NCBI GenBank assembly: GCA_044229845.1
Contig: JBGASG010000004.1
Span: 160,001 to 224,000, forward strand
DNA length: 64,000 bases
Origin: Candidatus Obscuribacteraceae bacterium
GTDB lineage: Bacteria > Cyanobacteriota > Vampirovibrionia > Obscuribacterales > Obscuribacteraceae
Direction of reading: 5' to 3'
The notes under the pieces were generated by a model. That model was not told the DNA's origin. It saw nothing but the letters and a program-made list of their open reading frames with translations, and did not search any database. The number at the start of each line of letters is the position of its first letter. Within the stretch, counting starts at the first letter, position 1. The position numbers and the translations under genes were made by a program. Below are positions 19,283 through 28,377 of the stretch, in pieces.

Positions 19283-20029
19283 GTGACTGACACATCGGAC
19301 AAAACGAGCAGAGCTACACCGGGACGAGATCGTCTTGCGAAAGCTCGGGTTGCGGTCGTTGGAATTGAAGAGCATACGTTGATCGCGTTGGCGCAGCTGG
19401 CCGACGCCGGCATTGGTTTCATCAAAGTCATCGATGACCGCCAGGTCACCGCTGAAGACATTTCACGCGCATTCTTCTTTTTCCAGAACGACGAAGAGAA
19501 CCAGCCGCGGACTAGCGCCGCTCGCAATCTGATTTACAGAGAGAACAAGACAACGAAAGTCGAAGTAATCGACCAGAAATTCGACGCTCATAATGCTGAG
19601 CAAGTACTTGGCGGAGTTGACGTAGTCATTGACGGACTGAGCAATTGGCAGGACAAACTTCTGGCATCCGATGTTTGCATGCAATTGAAAACACCATTGG
19701 TGCATGCCGGATTGAGCGGTCTCGACATTCAGGTGTTTTGCATGATTCCCACAAGGTCGGCATGCCTCAGATGCGTGTTCGCCAAGTTGGGTATGGAGGA
19801 TTTTGCCGCCACCACCAGTGCCACCAATAATGGACATCCGCGACTCGGTCCTCTGGCTGCAATCGCCGGATCCCTGCAGGCGCTTGAATGCATCAAATTG
19901 CTCGGGGACATTGGCACAGTTTCGCCAACCCGTTTAATGAAGATCGACGGTCTACGCGGCGACATGTTGGACTTCCGCGAACTCACGCCACGCAGCGACT
20001 GTCCCGATTGCGGTCCCTCTCGTCTCTAA
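19283..20029 (+). CDS. ThiF/MoeB/HesA-family E1-like protein with a degenerate glycine loop
   Basis: RLAKARVAVVG, LADAGIG.IKVIDD, DVVIDG, ACLRC, LQALECIKLL, C-terminal CPDC. GTG at 19283 with a GGGAG RBS (ORF open from 19232). Confidence 0.8.
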   Translation: MTDTSDKTSRATPGRDRLAKARVAVVGIEEHTLIALAQLADAGIGFIKVIDDRQVTAEDISRAFFFFQNDEENQPRTSAARNLIYRENKTTKVEVIDQKFDAHNAEQVLGGVDVVIDGLSNWQDKLLASDVCMQLKTPLVHAGLSGLDIQVFCMIPTRSACLRCVFAKLGMEDFAATTSATNNGHPRLGPLAAIAGSLQALECIKLLGDIGTVSPTRLMKIDGLRGDMLDFRELTPRSDCPDCGPSRL

Positions 20030-20041
20030 CCGGCGGCGGGT

Positions 20042-20800
20042 TTAGTCTTGCGAGGAAACTTTGACGTCAGGCGACGCTTGCTTCAAAGCCGCAATTATTT
20101 TCGGAGCGCGATCGCCGCAACGATTGCGGATCAATGTTTCGAACAGAGCCCATTGACGCTGAGTTTCTCGAATAGCCAGTTCGCGGGCGATGTTGTAGTA
20201 AGTCGTCTTGCCTGCGACTTTCTTTCCTTGATCCGTGGTCGGATTGTCTTTGCTGAAGTTCACTGCGTTGTCCAACGAATCCGCGGCATTCGCAACCAGT
20301 CCTTCATATCCACCAGGAACCCGGGACCAGTCCACCAGTGGAATCTGCAAGGGGTCGCCTCTGAATTGCGGTCCCTTGAGCGAAAGCTCCACATAATTTG
20401 ATTGGCTGTAAAAGTCCTGCGCGCTATGCAACAACATCCCGAAGTGACGTAACGCATTGGCGCGGCTTTCCTGATCGGTGTCCGCTTCGCATGCATAATT
20501 CAAGGCGCTCTTCTTCTCTCGATCGATATACGAGAGAGCCGACTCCACCGTTTTAGCCGCAAAGTGTCGGCGGCTATCTTTCGCGCCTTCACTTTCTTTT
20601 TTGTCCTGAGCCTCGTTGGCGTCGATGATCAACTTCAGATTCGAGCTGCCGATGGTCCCCCGCAGTCCTTCTTCGGTGATCTCCGCGTGCACCTTGCCGC
20701 CCTGTCCGTCCGAAGAGCTGAATGCCAAGCCTGGTGAGGGCTGCATCGAAATGAGCGTCACTGCCAACCCCTTTACAAGGAGATCCGAGTTTAATTTCAT
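20042..20800 (-). CDS. Secreted protein with Het-C/VWA7/Zn-phospholipase-C-like motif
   Basis: Signal peptide; HAEIT, RRHF, FGMLLHSAQDFYSQSNYVE resembling G..LH..QDFY.HSN.VE. Confidence 0.6.
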   Translation of the reverse strand: MKLNSDLLVKGLAVTLISMQPSPGLAFSSSDGQGGKVHAEITEEGLRGTIGSSNLKLIIDANEAQDKKESEGAKDSRRHFAAKTVESALSYIDREKKSALNYACEADTDQESRANALRHFGMLLHSAQDFYSQSNYVELSLKGPQFRGDPLQIPLVDWSRVPGGYEGLVANAADSLDNAVNFSKDNPTTDQGKKVAGKTTYYNIARELAIRETQRQWALFETLIRNRCGDRAPKIIAALKQASPDVKVSSQD

Positions 20801-21003
20801 GCGAGCCGCCCCAAATGGACATTAGGCCATTATTCTATCCTGCCAATCCGCGCCTGCAAGCCAATCGGCCGGATCCGCACCCCCTTGCGGGCATCTTTTC
20901 CATATCCCCGCGAGCTTTTCCGCCGACGCCAAGTGATTGGGTTCTAATTCAGAATCATCTGATTTTTAGCCATAATGAGACGGATCAAACGCGAAAGGAA
21001 GGC

Positions 21004-21942
21004 ATGGAAACGCCCACCACCGCCGGTGCATACGCACTGAATATGCATTCGGCGCAAGCAGAGCCCACACAATCGAATTTTCTTTCCAAAGAACTGAACG
21101 ACTGTGTTTTCGTGGCTTTCGATACGGAAACTACCGGGCTCAGCCCAATGGCTTCCAGATTGGTGGAACTATCCGGCGTCAAGTTTCGTGGTTCTGGCGA
21201 GGAGATTGACACCTTCTCGTCCTTGATCGATCCTGAAGTCCCAATCCCAGCACGCACCACAGAGGTACACGGCATTACGGACGATATGGTGAAAGGCGCG
21301 CCCACTTTCGAGGAAGTGGTACCGCAATTCTTCAACTGGCTGAACGCTCGCGGTCCAGCCGGTATCAAAATGCGTCCAGTTCTCCTTGCCCATAATGCCT
21401 CGTTCGACATCAACTTCCTCGATATAGCCATTGCCAAACTTGGTTTGCCGATTCCGGAAAACCAGGTTGTCTGCACATTAGCCCTTTCCCGCAAAGTGCT
21501 CACCGACGCGCCCAACCATCAGCTGCGCACGTTGACCGAACACCTTGGAGTCCCCAGCACCACGTATCACCGCGCACTGGCCGACAGTCATCACGTACGA
21601 CACGTCTTCCTGAAATTGCTCCAGCGCATCCAGAATTGCACCCTGGACAAAGTAATGTCCCTGGGCGGCAAACTTGGATTCAGCCAGGGAGCATCTACTC
21701 AAGATCGTCGCGCGCTCTTCGAGCGTCCGGTGTTTCAGTGCATTCAGGAAGCGATGGACAACCAGCGCAGCGTGATGATGCAGTACGCCAGCACCCGCAC
21801 ATCAATCAGGTGTGTGAAACCACTGACGGTGCTCTTCTCTCGCGGCATCTACTACCTGCAAGCCTACTGTCACCAGACGGGAAGCGAGCGCACCTTCCGT
21901 CTCGACAAAATCATCCGCATGGAAATCATGAGCGAAGAATGA
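21004..21942 (+). CDS. DEDDh 3'-5' exonuclease (DnaQ-like) fused to a C-terminal WYL domain
   Basis: FDTETTG, HGIT, AHNASFD, HRALAD; C-terminal R.VKPL...YYLQAYC...ERTFRLDKI. AGGAAGG RBS before the ATG at 21004. Confidence 0.85.
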   Translation: METPTTAGAYALNMHSAQAEPTQSNFLSKELNDCVFVAFDTETTGLSPMASRLVELSGVKFRGSGEEIDTFSSLIDPEVPIPARTTEVHGITDDMVKGAPTFEEVVPQFFNWLNARGPAGIKMRPVLLAHNASFDINFLDIAIAKLGLPIPENQVVCTLALSRKVLTDAPNHQLRTLTEHLGVPSTTYHRALADSHHVRHVFLKLLQRIQNCTLDKVMSLGGKLGFSQGASTQDRRALFERPVFQCIQEAMDNQRSVMMQYASTRTSIRCVKPLTVLFSRGIYYLQAYCHQTGSERTFRLDKIIRMEIMSEE

Positions 21943-21943
21943 T

Positions 21944-24043
21944 ATGGACACGCCTATGAAACGAATGCATTACCGAATACTGCCCGCCCTTTTGGCAGTT
22001 TCACTGAGCGTCGGCGTCAATGCCGGCGCTTTCGCCGATGAAGAGGAGGATGCGGCAGCCAGTCTTGGCGACCTCACTCGCATCAACGGCAAGCTACCCA
22101 TGGCCACCGACACGGTCGAAATGCAAGTGCGCATCAACGGCCCTTTGCCTGTTCAGCAAAAGATAAAACCACCCAAGGCGGCTAAGCCCCCCAAGGTGAA
22201 ACAGGCGCGCCAACAGCCGCAGCCGGCTGCGCAACCAGTGGTGCAGCAGCCCGATCAATCAGTGCAGGTCATGCAGTTCGGCGAAGCGCCGGCGGTGCAG
22301 CAGTCAGACTCGCAGTCGCAGCAGCAACCGGCGGTAAAACCTGAGCGCAAGAAACTCAATCCGTTTGCTATCGGCAAAACTGCCGTCGCCAAACCCAAGG
22401 CGCCAAAAGCCGGCGAACAGACCGCTGCCGTCTTCCAGGAAGTGCAGCCCAAGGTCAAGAAACAAAAGAACAAGCCTGCCAAACCTGTCAAAGTAGCGAA
22501 GAAACAAAAAGACGAAGCGCTGCCGACCGAAGCGGTAGAAGCACCGCCACTCACTCCGGAAACAGCACCGCTGGTGCTGCCGGTGTCGCAAGAAGAAACC
22601 GCAATTACTCCGGAACCGGCTCTGCCACCACTGTCCGATGAAGAGACCACGCCGAGCGAGGAGCCGCCAGCCAAGCCAGTCAACAAAACACGTGTTGAAG
22701 TAGAGGTTGCCGACGATCCCGAAGATGGCGTCTCCCAGCCGAAAGGCGGATTATTCAACGGCATCAAAAACTTCGGCGGCTACAAGAAGTCTTCAGCCCG
22801 CAAACAAGCCTCGCGCGAAAAGGCTGAAGCGGCAGCAAAACCACAAGCGCCTGCAAAACCAGCCGCCAAGGCAGCTGCACCAGCGCAGAAGCCCGTCAAA
22901 CAAGCAAAAGCGGAGCCCAAACAACCCAAGCAACCCGCACCGGTTAAAACCGCCGGTAAGGGCTGGGGGCTGTTCGGCGGCGGCAACAAATCCAAGACCG
23001 CAGCCGACGTCAACATCACCGCCGACGCAAGCGACACCGCGCTGCAAGGCGACCAGGCAAAGGCAGTGCTGAAGCACACCTTGATGGGTGACTCGTTCTT
23101 CAATCGCAAGGACTACACCAATTCTTTGATCGAGTACCAGATGGTGCTCAAAGAAGATCCGGAAAACTACAAAGCTCACTTCATGCTGGGCAAAGTTTTG
23201 ATTGCGATGAACGATTACAAAGAAGCGCTGCGCGAATTCGACAAAGTGGTGGCACTGCGCCCGCGCGCCAGCGATGCACACTTCATGCGCGGAGAATCCC
23301 TGCGCCTCATGGACGACTCAGAGGCGGCGTTTGAAGAATACAAACGAGCCATCAAACTGGACAAGAAAAATGCCATGGCTTACACCTACCTTGGTGAATG
23401 CTACCGGCAAAAAACCTGGTACCGCCCCGCACTCCACAATTGCCATCGCGCCCTGGCAATTGATCCGAAGCTGGTCGCACCACACTTAATCGCAGCCCAG
23501 TGCTACGCAGTGCTCTTGCAACCGGAGAACGCTTTAGACGAATACGCCAAGGCGATCGAGAAGTCACCGCAAGATCCATCCGTGCGCACCCGCTACGGTC
23601 AGGCACTCGGCAAAATGGAGAAATGGGACAAAGCAGTCGCCGAGTTCGGCACGGCGATCGAAGTTGACCCGAAGTTCTCCGAGGCTTATGTCGGCCGCGC
23701 CTGGGCACTGGGCAACACCGGTCACCTGCCGGAAGCATTGATGGACGCCAAACAAGCGGTTTCGCTGGCACCGAACAATGCCGATTCCCACTCGATTTTG
23801 GCTTGGGTCTATTCGAAGAAACGTGAACACAACGCCGCCGTCACGCATTACCGCCTGGCGCTCAAACTCGATCCCAAAAATCCGCGCCGGCACAAAGCCC
23901 TGGCTATCGCGCTCGGCGATGCGGGCGACTTGAACGGTGCCATTGCGGAAATGCTCTACACGACCCAGATGCTGCCCAAAGACTACGAAGCCAAATTGCA
24001 TCTGCAAGCGTTCATGGACAAACGAGCCGCCGCGCCGCAGTAA
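21944..24043 (+). CDS. Secreted TPR-repeat protein with a long K/P/A/Q low-complexity linker
   Basis: Signal peptide; low-complexity middle region; tandem TPR-like repeats in the C-terminal half. Confidence 0.8.
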   Translation: MDTPMKRMHYRILPALLAVSLSVGVNAGAFADEEEDAAASLGDLTRINGKLPMATDTVEMQVRINGPLPVQQKIKPPKAAKPPKVKQARQQPQPAAQPVVQQPDQSVQVMQFGEAPAVQQSDSQSQQQPAVKPERKKLNPFAIGKTAVAKPKAPKAGEQTAAVFQEVQPKVKKQKNKPAKPVKVAKKQKDEALPTEAVEAPPLTPETAPLVLPVSQEETAITPEPALPPLSDEETTPSEEPPAKPVNKTRVEVEVADDPEDGVSQPKGGLFNGIKNFGGYKKSSARKQASREKAEAAAKPQAPAKPAAKAAAPAQKPVKQAKAEPKQPKQPAPVKTAGKGWGLFGGGNKSKTAADVNITADASDTALQGDQAKAVLKHTLMGDSFFNRKDYTNSLIEYQMVLKEDPENYKAHFMLGKVLIAMNDYKEALREFDKVVALRPRASDAHFMRGESLRLMDDSEAAFEEYKRAIKLDKKNAMAYTYLGECYRQKTWYRPALHNCHRALAIDPKLVAPHLIAAQCYAVLLQPENALDEYAKAIEKSPQDPSVRTRYGQALGKMEKWDKAVAEFGTAIEVDPKFSEAYVGRAWALGNTGHLPEALMDAKQAVSLAPNNADSHSILAWVYSKKREHNAAVTHYRLALKLDPKNPRRHKALAIALGDAGDLNGAIAEMLYTTQMLPKDYEAKLHLQAFMDKRAAAPQ

Positions 24044-24066
24044 TTAGCCTGCCTAGTCCACGCGCC

Positions 24067-24621
24067 TCACTTGTAATCATCCCCCGCCCTGGCGACCACA
24101 TGGGCAAGTATCGAAGCGGCGGTAGTTTTTAGCGGACCAAGTTTCGGCAAAAGAGCCATCGCGGCAAACGGAATCACTAAATCTGTGACATCGGTTATGT
24201 CTGTGGTTGCTTTGTTGTTGAACAACATCGCGTCCAGAGGTTGCCTGACAGCATACGGCACCATCAACACACCAAGTTTGCCGGAATACCCCTGAAAGGC
24301 TTTGGACAGCGGCATTCGTCCTGGTCCCGGCGCCGTCTTCAGTAGGGACAATGTTGTCTCCATCCCCAGAGCGAGCAGAGGCGCTGCTGTGGCATACAGA
24401 TGCAAGACATTTGCGCCTGCCGACAGCTGTCCAGGGACGGGTGCATCCGTTGGTTCCACTGCGTTGGGTGGGTCAAGTGCATGCGTGAGCTGGGTACTTG
24501 GCTGCTGCTCACTTCGAGCAGGAAGGATGTATGAGTTGAGGGTACCGCCTTCCGTATTGGGTTCGGGCGTTTCGGCTTCGTTCAGGGGCTCCCCTTCAGT
24601 CCCGAATCCAAATGTATCCAT
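24067..24621 (-). CDS. Hypothetical protein
   Basis: 184-aa ORF with a GAGAGG RBS; acidic N-terminus, hydrophobic C-terminus. Confidence 0.5.
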   Translation of the reverse strand: MDTFGFGTEGEPLNEAETPEPNTEGGTLNSYILPARSEQQPSTQLTHALDPPNAVEPTDAPVPGQLSAGANVLHLYATAAPLLALGMETTLSLLKTAPGPGRMPLSKAFQGYSGKLGVLMVPYAVRQPLDAMLFNNKATTDITDVTDLVIPFAAMALLPKLGPLKTTAASILAHVVARAGDDYK

Positions 24622-24732
24622 CGTTTTAGCCTCTCATAACTCCCTTCGCAATTGAGGGTAAGTCATGAGCCGTGAGCTAATCCGGAACAGCTTGAGAATA
24701 TTCTGTGAGCAAATCTTTTGCGCTGCAATCTT

Positions 24733-26754
24733 TTACACAGTGCGGACTGGGTTGGGGTCGGTGAGCAAAATCTCCGTCTGTGCGTCCAGTGCTTCGGCTT
24801 CGATGTGCCGGTTGGCACGGCGCAGCAGTTCTTTGTAATTGCGGAGGATCGTGTGCATAACCTCGCACAGTTCGTCGCTGGTCGCTACTGGAAGCGAGTT
24901 CCAGGCATCGAGAGCGCGCTTGAACTGCGCTTCGCCGTCTTGATATTTTGCTTGCTCGGCATACATTTGAGCGAGCGCATTGATCACTTGCAGTAGATCC
25001 GTAATCGCCGCTTCGCGCGCTTGTTCGTCCAGCAATCCGCTGCTGTTCAAGAAGGAGAGCTTGCGCACGTTCTTTTCGTGCAGCGAAATCGCTTCCTGGT
25101 AGAGCTTCGCAGCTTCCGAATAATTGCTGCGCTCATATTGAATCTTGCCCAGCCCCTGCAGGTTGACGGCGCACGTTTCATGGCTGCGCCCGTAGAAATG
25201 CTCGCGCAGCGACAGCGCACGCTCGTGAAGTTTTTCAGCTTGCTCGATAGCACGCTGTTCGTAAGCCAGTTTGGCGAGCGTGTCGATGTGCGGGATTAAG
25301 CGTGCGTCTTCCTCACCGCCGATCTTGCTGATCAACTTAATACTGGCATCAGCTAAAAAATGCTCCATCGAAGTCTTGAATTTGGTCGGCAGTCCGGCAT
25401 CGCGCGGTTTGACATAGTCGTCGCGCGTGCGCAGACGCTGCGGACGCACCGTCAAGTGCGCCTTAATCGTCGTCACCTGTTCTTCTTTACCTTGCGAACT
25501 CTGCCCGACGTCGATGCTCATCGCCGGCGGATTGGTGATCGGAGCCGCCTGACTCTTCGGGACCGAAGGCATAGTCTTGGCTTGCGCCGACGCCGAAGTT
25601 GAGAGGGGCGGCACATATGCAGGCTTGAATTCAACCGGATTGGCCAGCTTCGGAAGAGTCGAGACGGATTTCACCGCCGGTGGTGGCGCTTCAGTCTGGA
25701 TAGGTCCGCTGCGTTTGCCGATTGGAGTGGGTGAGAGACGGCGCCACATAACCAGCAGGTCGCCTGGCGATGCTTCGCGCTGCGCTGGTCGGCTTGTCTG
25801 TCCGGAACCGTCCGGATGCAAGTCGTAGCGAGTTCCATCTAAAAAGATGCGGCGAATGATGTCTTTCTTTTGAATGCACAGAGTGCCGTCCGGCTCAACG
25901 CTGACGCGCCCTTCCAGGCAGTATTCATTGTCTTTGTCGCGAGCCGTCCAGACATGTCCGTCATCAGTATCCCAGGCAAGCCGCGCATAAATAAACGCAC
26001 ACAACTCGCCCTGCTGGTTGTATCGATACTGAGCGGTGCTGCCGTTAGTAAAGCGAACTTTGGAAATGGGGCCGCTGTCTCGTCGCTCGATCGCGGCGCC
26101 TTCGGGAATAACAACTTCCGGCACCGGTGCGGACTCGGCTGGCTCCGCGTCGGAAGACGGCTCTTCCGTCAACTCGGGAGCAGATTTCAAAAATAGGGAT
26201 TCCGCCTCGGGCGCCGGCAAGATCGCCGTCGGAGCCGGATCTATAAATGCCTGTGGCGGCGGTGGCGGAATCGGCGCCGGTGACGGCCACGAGGGCACAG
26301 CGGAAAGGTCCGGCGCGCTAAGCACTGGAGTGGCGCTGCGGACCGTAGCTTGCTGAGCCTGGGCTTGCAGCTCTTGTTCAATGGCCGCCAGACTGGTTTC
26401 ATCAGAGATGGTCTTAGCCGAAGCCAGCGGCAACGTGTCTTTGCGAATTGGCTGGTCGTATCGCACGTTGTCGGTGACGCCGTCCGAAGAAGCAAAGGCT
26501 GCTTCCAGAGCTGCCTCGATGGCAGCCTTGGTCGAATCATCAAATTTAGGCTTGGACTTTTCGTCTGCTGGCATGACCAGTGGCCTCAGATCTACCCATC
26601 GTCCATCGGCGTCCCGGCGTGGTGCACCACCTGTGGTGGTATGCAAATCATTAATATGTCGCGCAGAACTAGCCGTTTTTTCAGGCTTAGTAAGCATATG
26701 AGCCTCGTGTAATGTTCGTAGTTGGTCTGCAGGGCCAGACCAAACAGAGGTCAC
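24733..26754 (-). CDS. Hypothetical Pro-rich protein with C-terminal TPR repeats
   Basis: Kinesin-light-chain-type TPRs (AEKLHERALSLRE..YG..H). Start uncertain. Confidence 0.7.
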   Translation of the reverse strand: MTSVWSGPADQLRTLHEAHMLTKPEKTASSARHINDLHTTTGGAPRRDADGRWVDLRPLVMPADEKSKPKFDDSTKAAIEAALEAAFASSDGVTDNVRYDQPIRKDTLPLASAKTISDETSLAAIEQELQAQAQQATVRSATPVLSAPDLSAVPSWPSPAPIPPPPPQAFIDPAPTAILPAPEAESLFLKSAPELTEEPSSDAEPAESAPVPEVVIPEGAAIERRDSGPISKVRFTNGSTAQYRYNQQGELCAFIYARLAWDTDDGHVWTARDKDNEYCLEGRVSVEPDGTLCIQKKDIIRRIFLDGTRYDLHPDGSGQTSRPAQREASPGDLLVMWRRLSPTPIGKRSGPIQTEAPPPAVKSVSTLPKLANPVEFKPAYVPPLSTSASAQAKTMPSVPKSQAAPITNPPAMSIDVGQSSQGKEEQVTTIKAHLTVRPQRLRTRDDYVKPRDAGLPTKFKTSMEHFLADASIKLISKIGGEEDARLIPHIDTLAKLAYEQRAIEQAEKLHERALSLREHFYGRSHETCAVNLQGLGKIQYERSNYSEAAKLYQEAISLHEKNVRKLSFLNSSGLLDEQAREAAITDLLQVINALAQMYAEQAKYQDGEAQFKRALDAWNSLPVATSDELCEVMHTILRNYKELLRRANRHIEAEALDAQTEILLTDPNPVRTV

Positions 26755-26944
26755 CCAGGGGCACGAGATAAGCTAAAAATACCAGTAATAGCCTGGATTT
26801 CAAGCGGCAACCCGCGCCCTCAATGGGAATTCTACGTATGAGAGCGGAGCCGATTTAACGCAATAATCCGCACCAGCGGACCTTCGACCGGTGTTTTTAA
26901 ATGTCTTCAATGTGCACGAATCGCGCAACAAACAGCAACACGCG

Positions 26945-27559
26945 TTATGCCTTGTGCTTGGTGGTGCCGGGCTTCGTAACCGGTTTTCCGTCGCGGCACA
27001 TCACGCATTCGTCCGGCTGGTAGTTGGACAGCTTCAGAGTCAAAAGCTTGATGAACGGCACATCAAAACTGACGCTGCCGCCGCTGCGATCGATGATGGC
27101 ACCCACGCATACAGGCTTGCCGCCGAGCTTGCGTACAAGTTCTACGACCTTGCGTGCGGAGCCACCAGTGGTGGTGACATCCTCGACAACCAGAATCTCT
27201 TCATCCGGCTGAATTTCAATGCCCCGACGGATTTCGAATTCACCATCGGGACGTTCGGCAAAGATTCCACGCACGGGCTCGCCAGGCGGCAATGCCTTAT
27301 CCAGTGCCATCGCCACCAGCAGCTCCCAGTGAACAGCGCCCAGCGCGGGTCCTGCCACGGTCCGCGGTTGCAAACCCGCATCCAGGACCTTCTCCACTAA
27401 AAGCTCGGCCACCGCCAGCCCATGCCGGGGATACTGCAAGAGCCTCTGGCACTGCATGTACTGGTCGCTGTGCATTCCGCTGCTCAGCAAAAAGTGTCCT
27501 GTGTGCCAGGCGCCTACATCCCGCATCACACTTTCGATGTCGAGCACTTTTGTCTCCAT
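26945..27559 (-). CDS. pyrE: Orotate phosphoribosyltransferase
   Basis: GHFLLSSG.HS..Y, VVEDVTTTGGS PRPP motif, IIDRS. Confidence 0.92.
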   Translation of the reverse strand: METKVLDIESVMRDVGAWHTGHFLLSSGMHSDQYMQCQRLLQYPRHGLAVAELLVEKVLDAGLQPRTVAGPALGAVHWELLVAMALDKALPPGEPVRGIFAERPDGEFEIRRGIEIQPDEEILVVEDVTTTGGSARKVVELVRKLGGKPVCVGAIIDRSGGSVSFDVPFIKLLTLKLSNYQPDECVMCRDGKPVTKPGTTKHKA

Positions 27560-27651
27560 TGTTTAGTCCTCAAGCAGGTCTTCAAGTATACTCCAGCCTC
27601 GATCTGGTATATTCAGCAGCGGTAGCTCGCGCATTCAATAGGAATCCTGTC

Positions 27652-28362
27652 ATGAAACCCTTGATCGGCATCGGTCCGGACATCGAAGGCGATAAACCAC
27701 GCAAGGTGGTTATTCAATGTCATTACGTTGAAGCAATTCAACGCGCCGGCGGCATTCCCATCATCATTCCGCCGATGAGCGATCAAGATTTGAAAGTGAT
27801 TCTGCACAAGCTGAACGGCATCATGCTGACGGGCGGCAGAGACTACAATCCGAGTCTCTACAACGAAACTGCCTGCTCACAAGTGGAACTCTGCGACGAA
27901 ACCCGCAACGAGTTCGATGTGCGACTCATGCAGGCCGCTATCGAAGAAACCAAGCTGCCGGTGCTCGGCATCTGCGCCGGACTGCAGCTCCTCAACATCA
28001 GTCTGGGCGGCTCACTGATACAGGATATTCCATCTGAAAAGCCCGAGTCGCCTGTCGTCCATACCAGTCACAATGGCTGGAATGAAGGCTTCACCCATCA
28101 TGCAGTGCGCATTCAGCCACAGTCCATGTTGGCTAAAATCTACTCCGAAGAAGAGCTGAGTGTTCCCACTTCTCATCACCAGGCGATCAAAAATCTTGGC
28201 AAAGGCCTGAAACCCACAGCTTATGCCGATGACGGTATCATTGAAGCGGTCGAACTGGAAGGTCGGCCGTTCACCATCGGCGTCCAGTGGCATCCGGAAC
28301 GCGATTTCGAAGGCAACCGCGCCCTGTTCGAAACATTCGTCAAGCACGCCGCCCAAGCATAA
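27652..28362 (+). CDS. Gamma-glutamyl-gamma-aminobutyrate hydrolase family (peptidase C26)
   Basis: LTGG.D, PVLGICAGLQ, SHHQA, GVQWHPE. Confidence 0.88.
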   Translation: MKPLIGIGPDIEGDKPRKVVIQCHYVEAIQRAGGIPIIIPPMSDQDLKVILHKLNGIMLTGGRDYNPSLYNETACSQVELCDETRNEFDVRLMQAAIEETKLPVLGICAGLQLLNISLGGSLIQDIPSEKPESPVVHTSHNGWNEGFTHHAVRIQPQSMLAKIYSEEELSVPTSHHQAIKNLGKGLKPTAYADDGIIEAVELEGRPFTIGVQWHPERDFEGNRALFETFVKHAAQA

Positions 28363-28377
28363 AGAGCACCACAGGTA

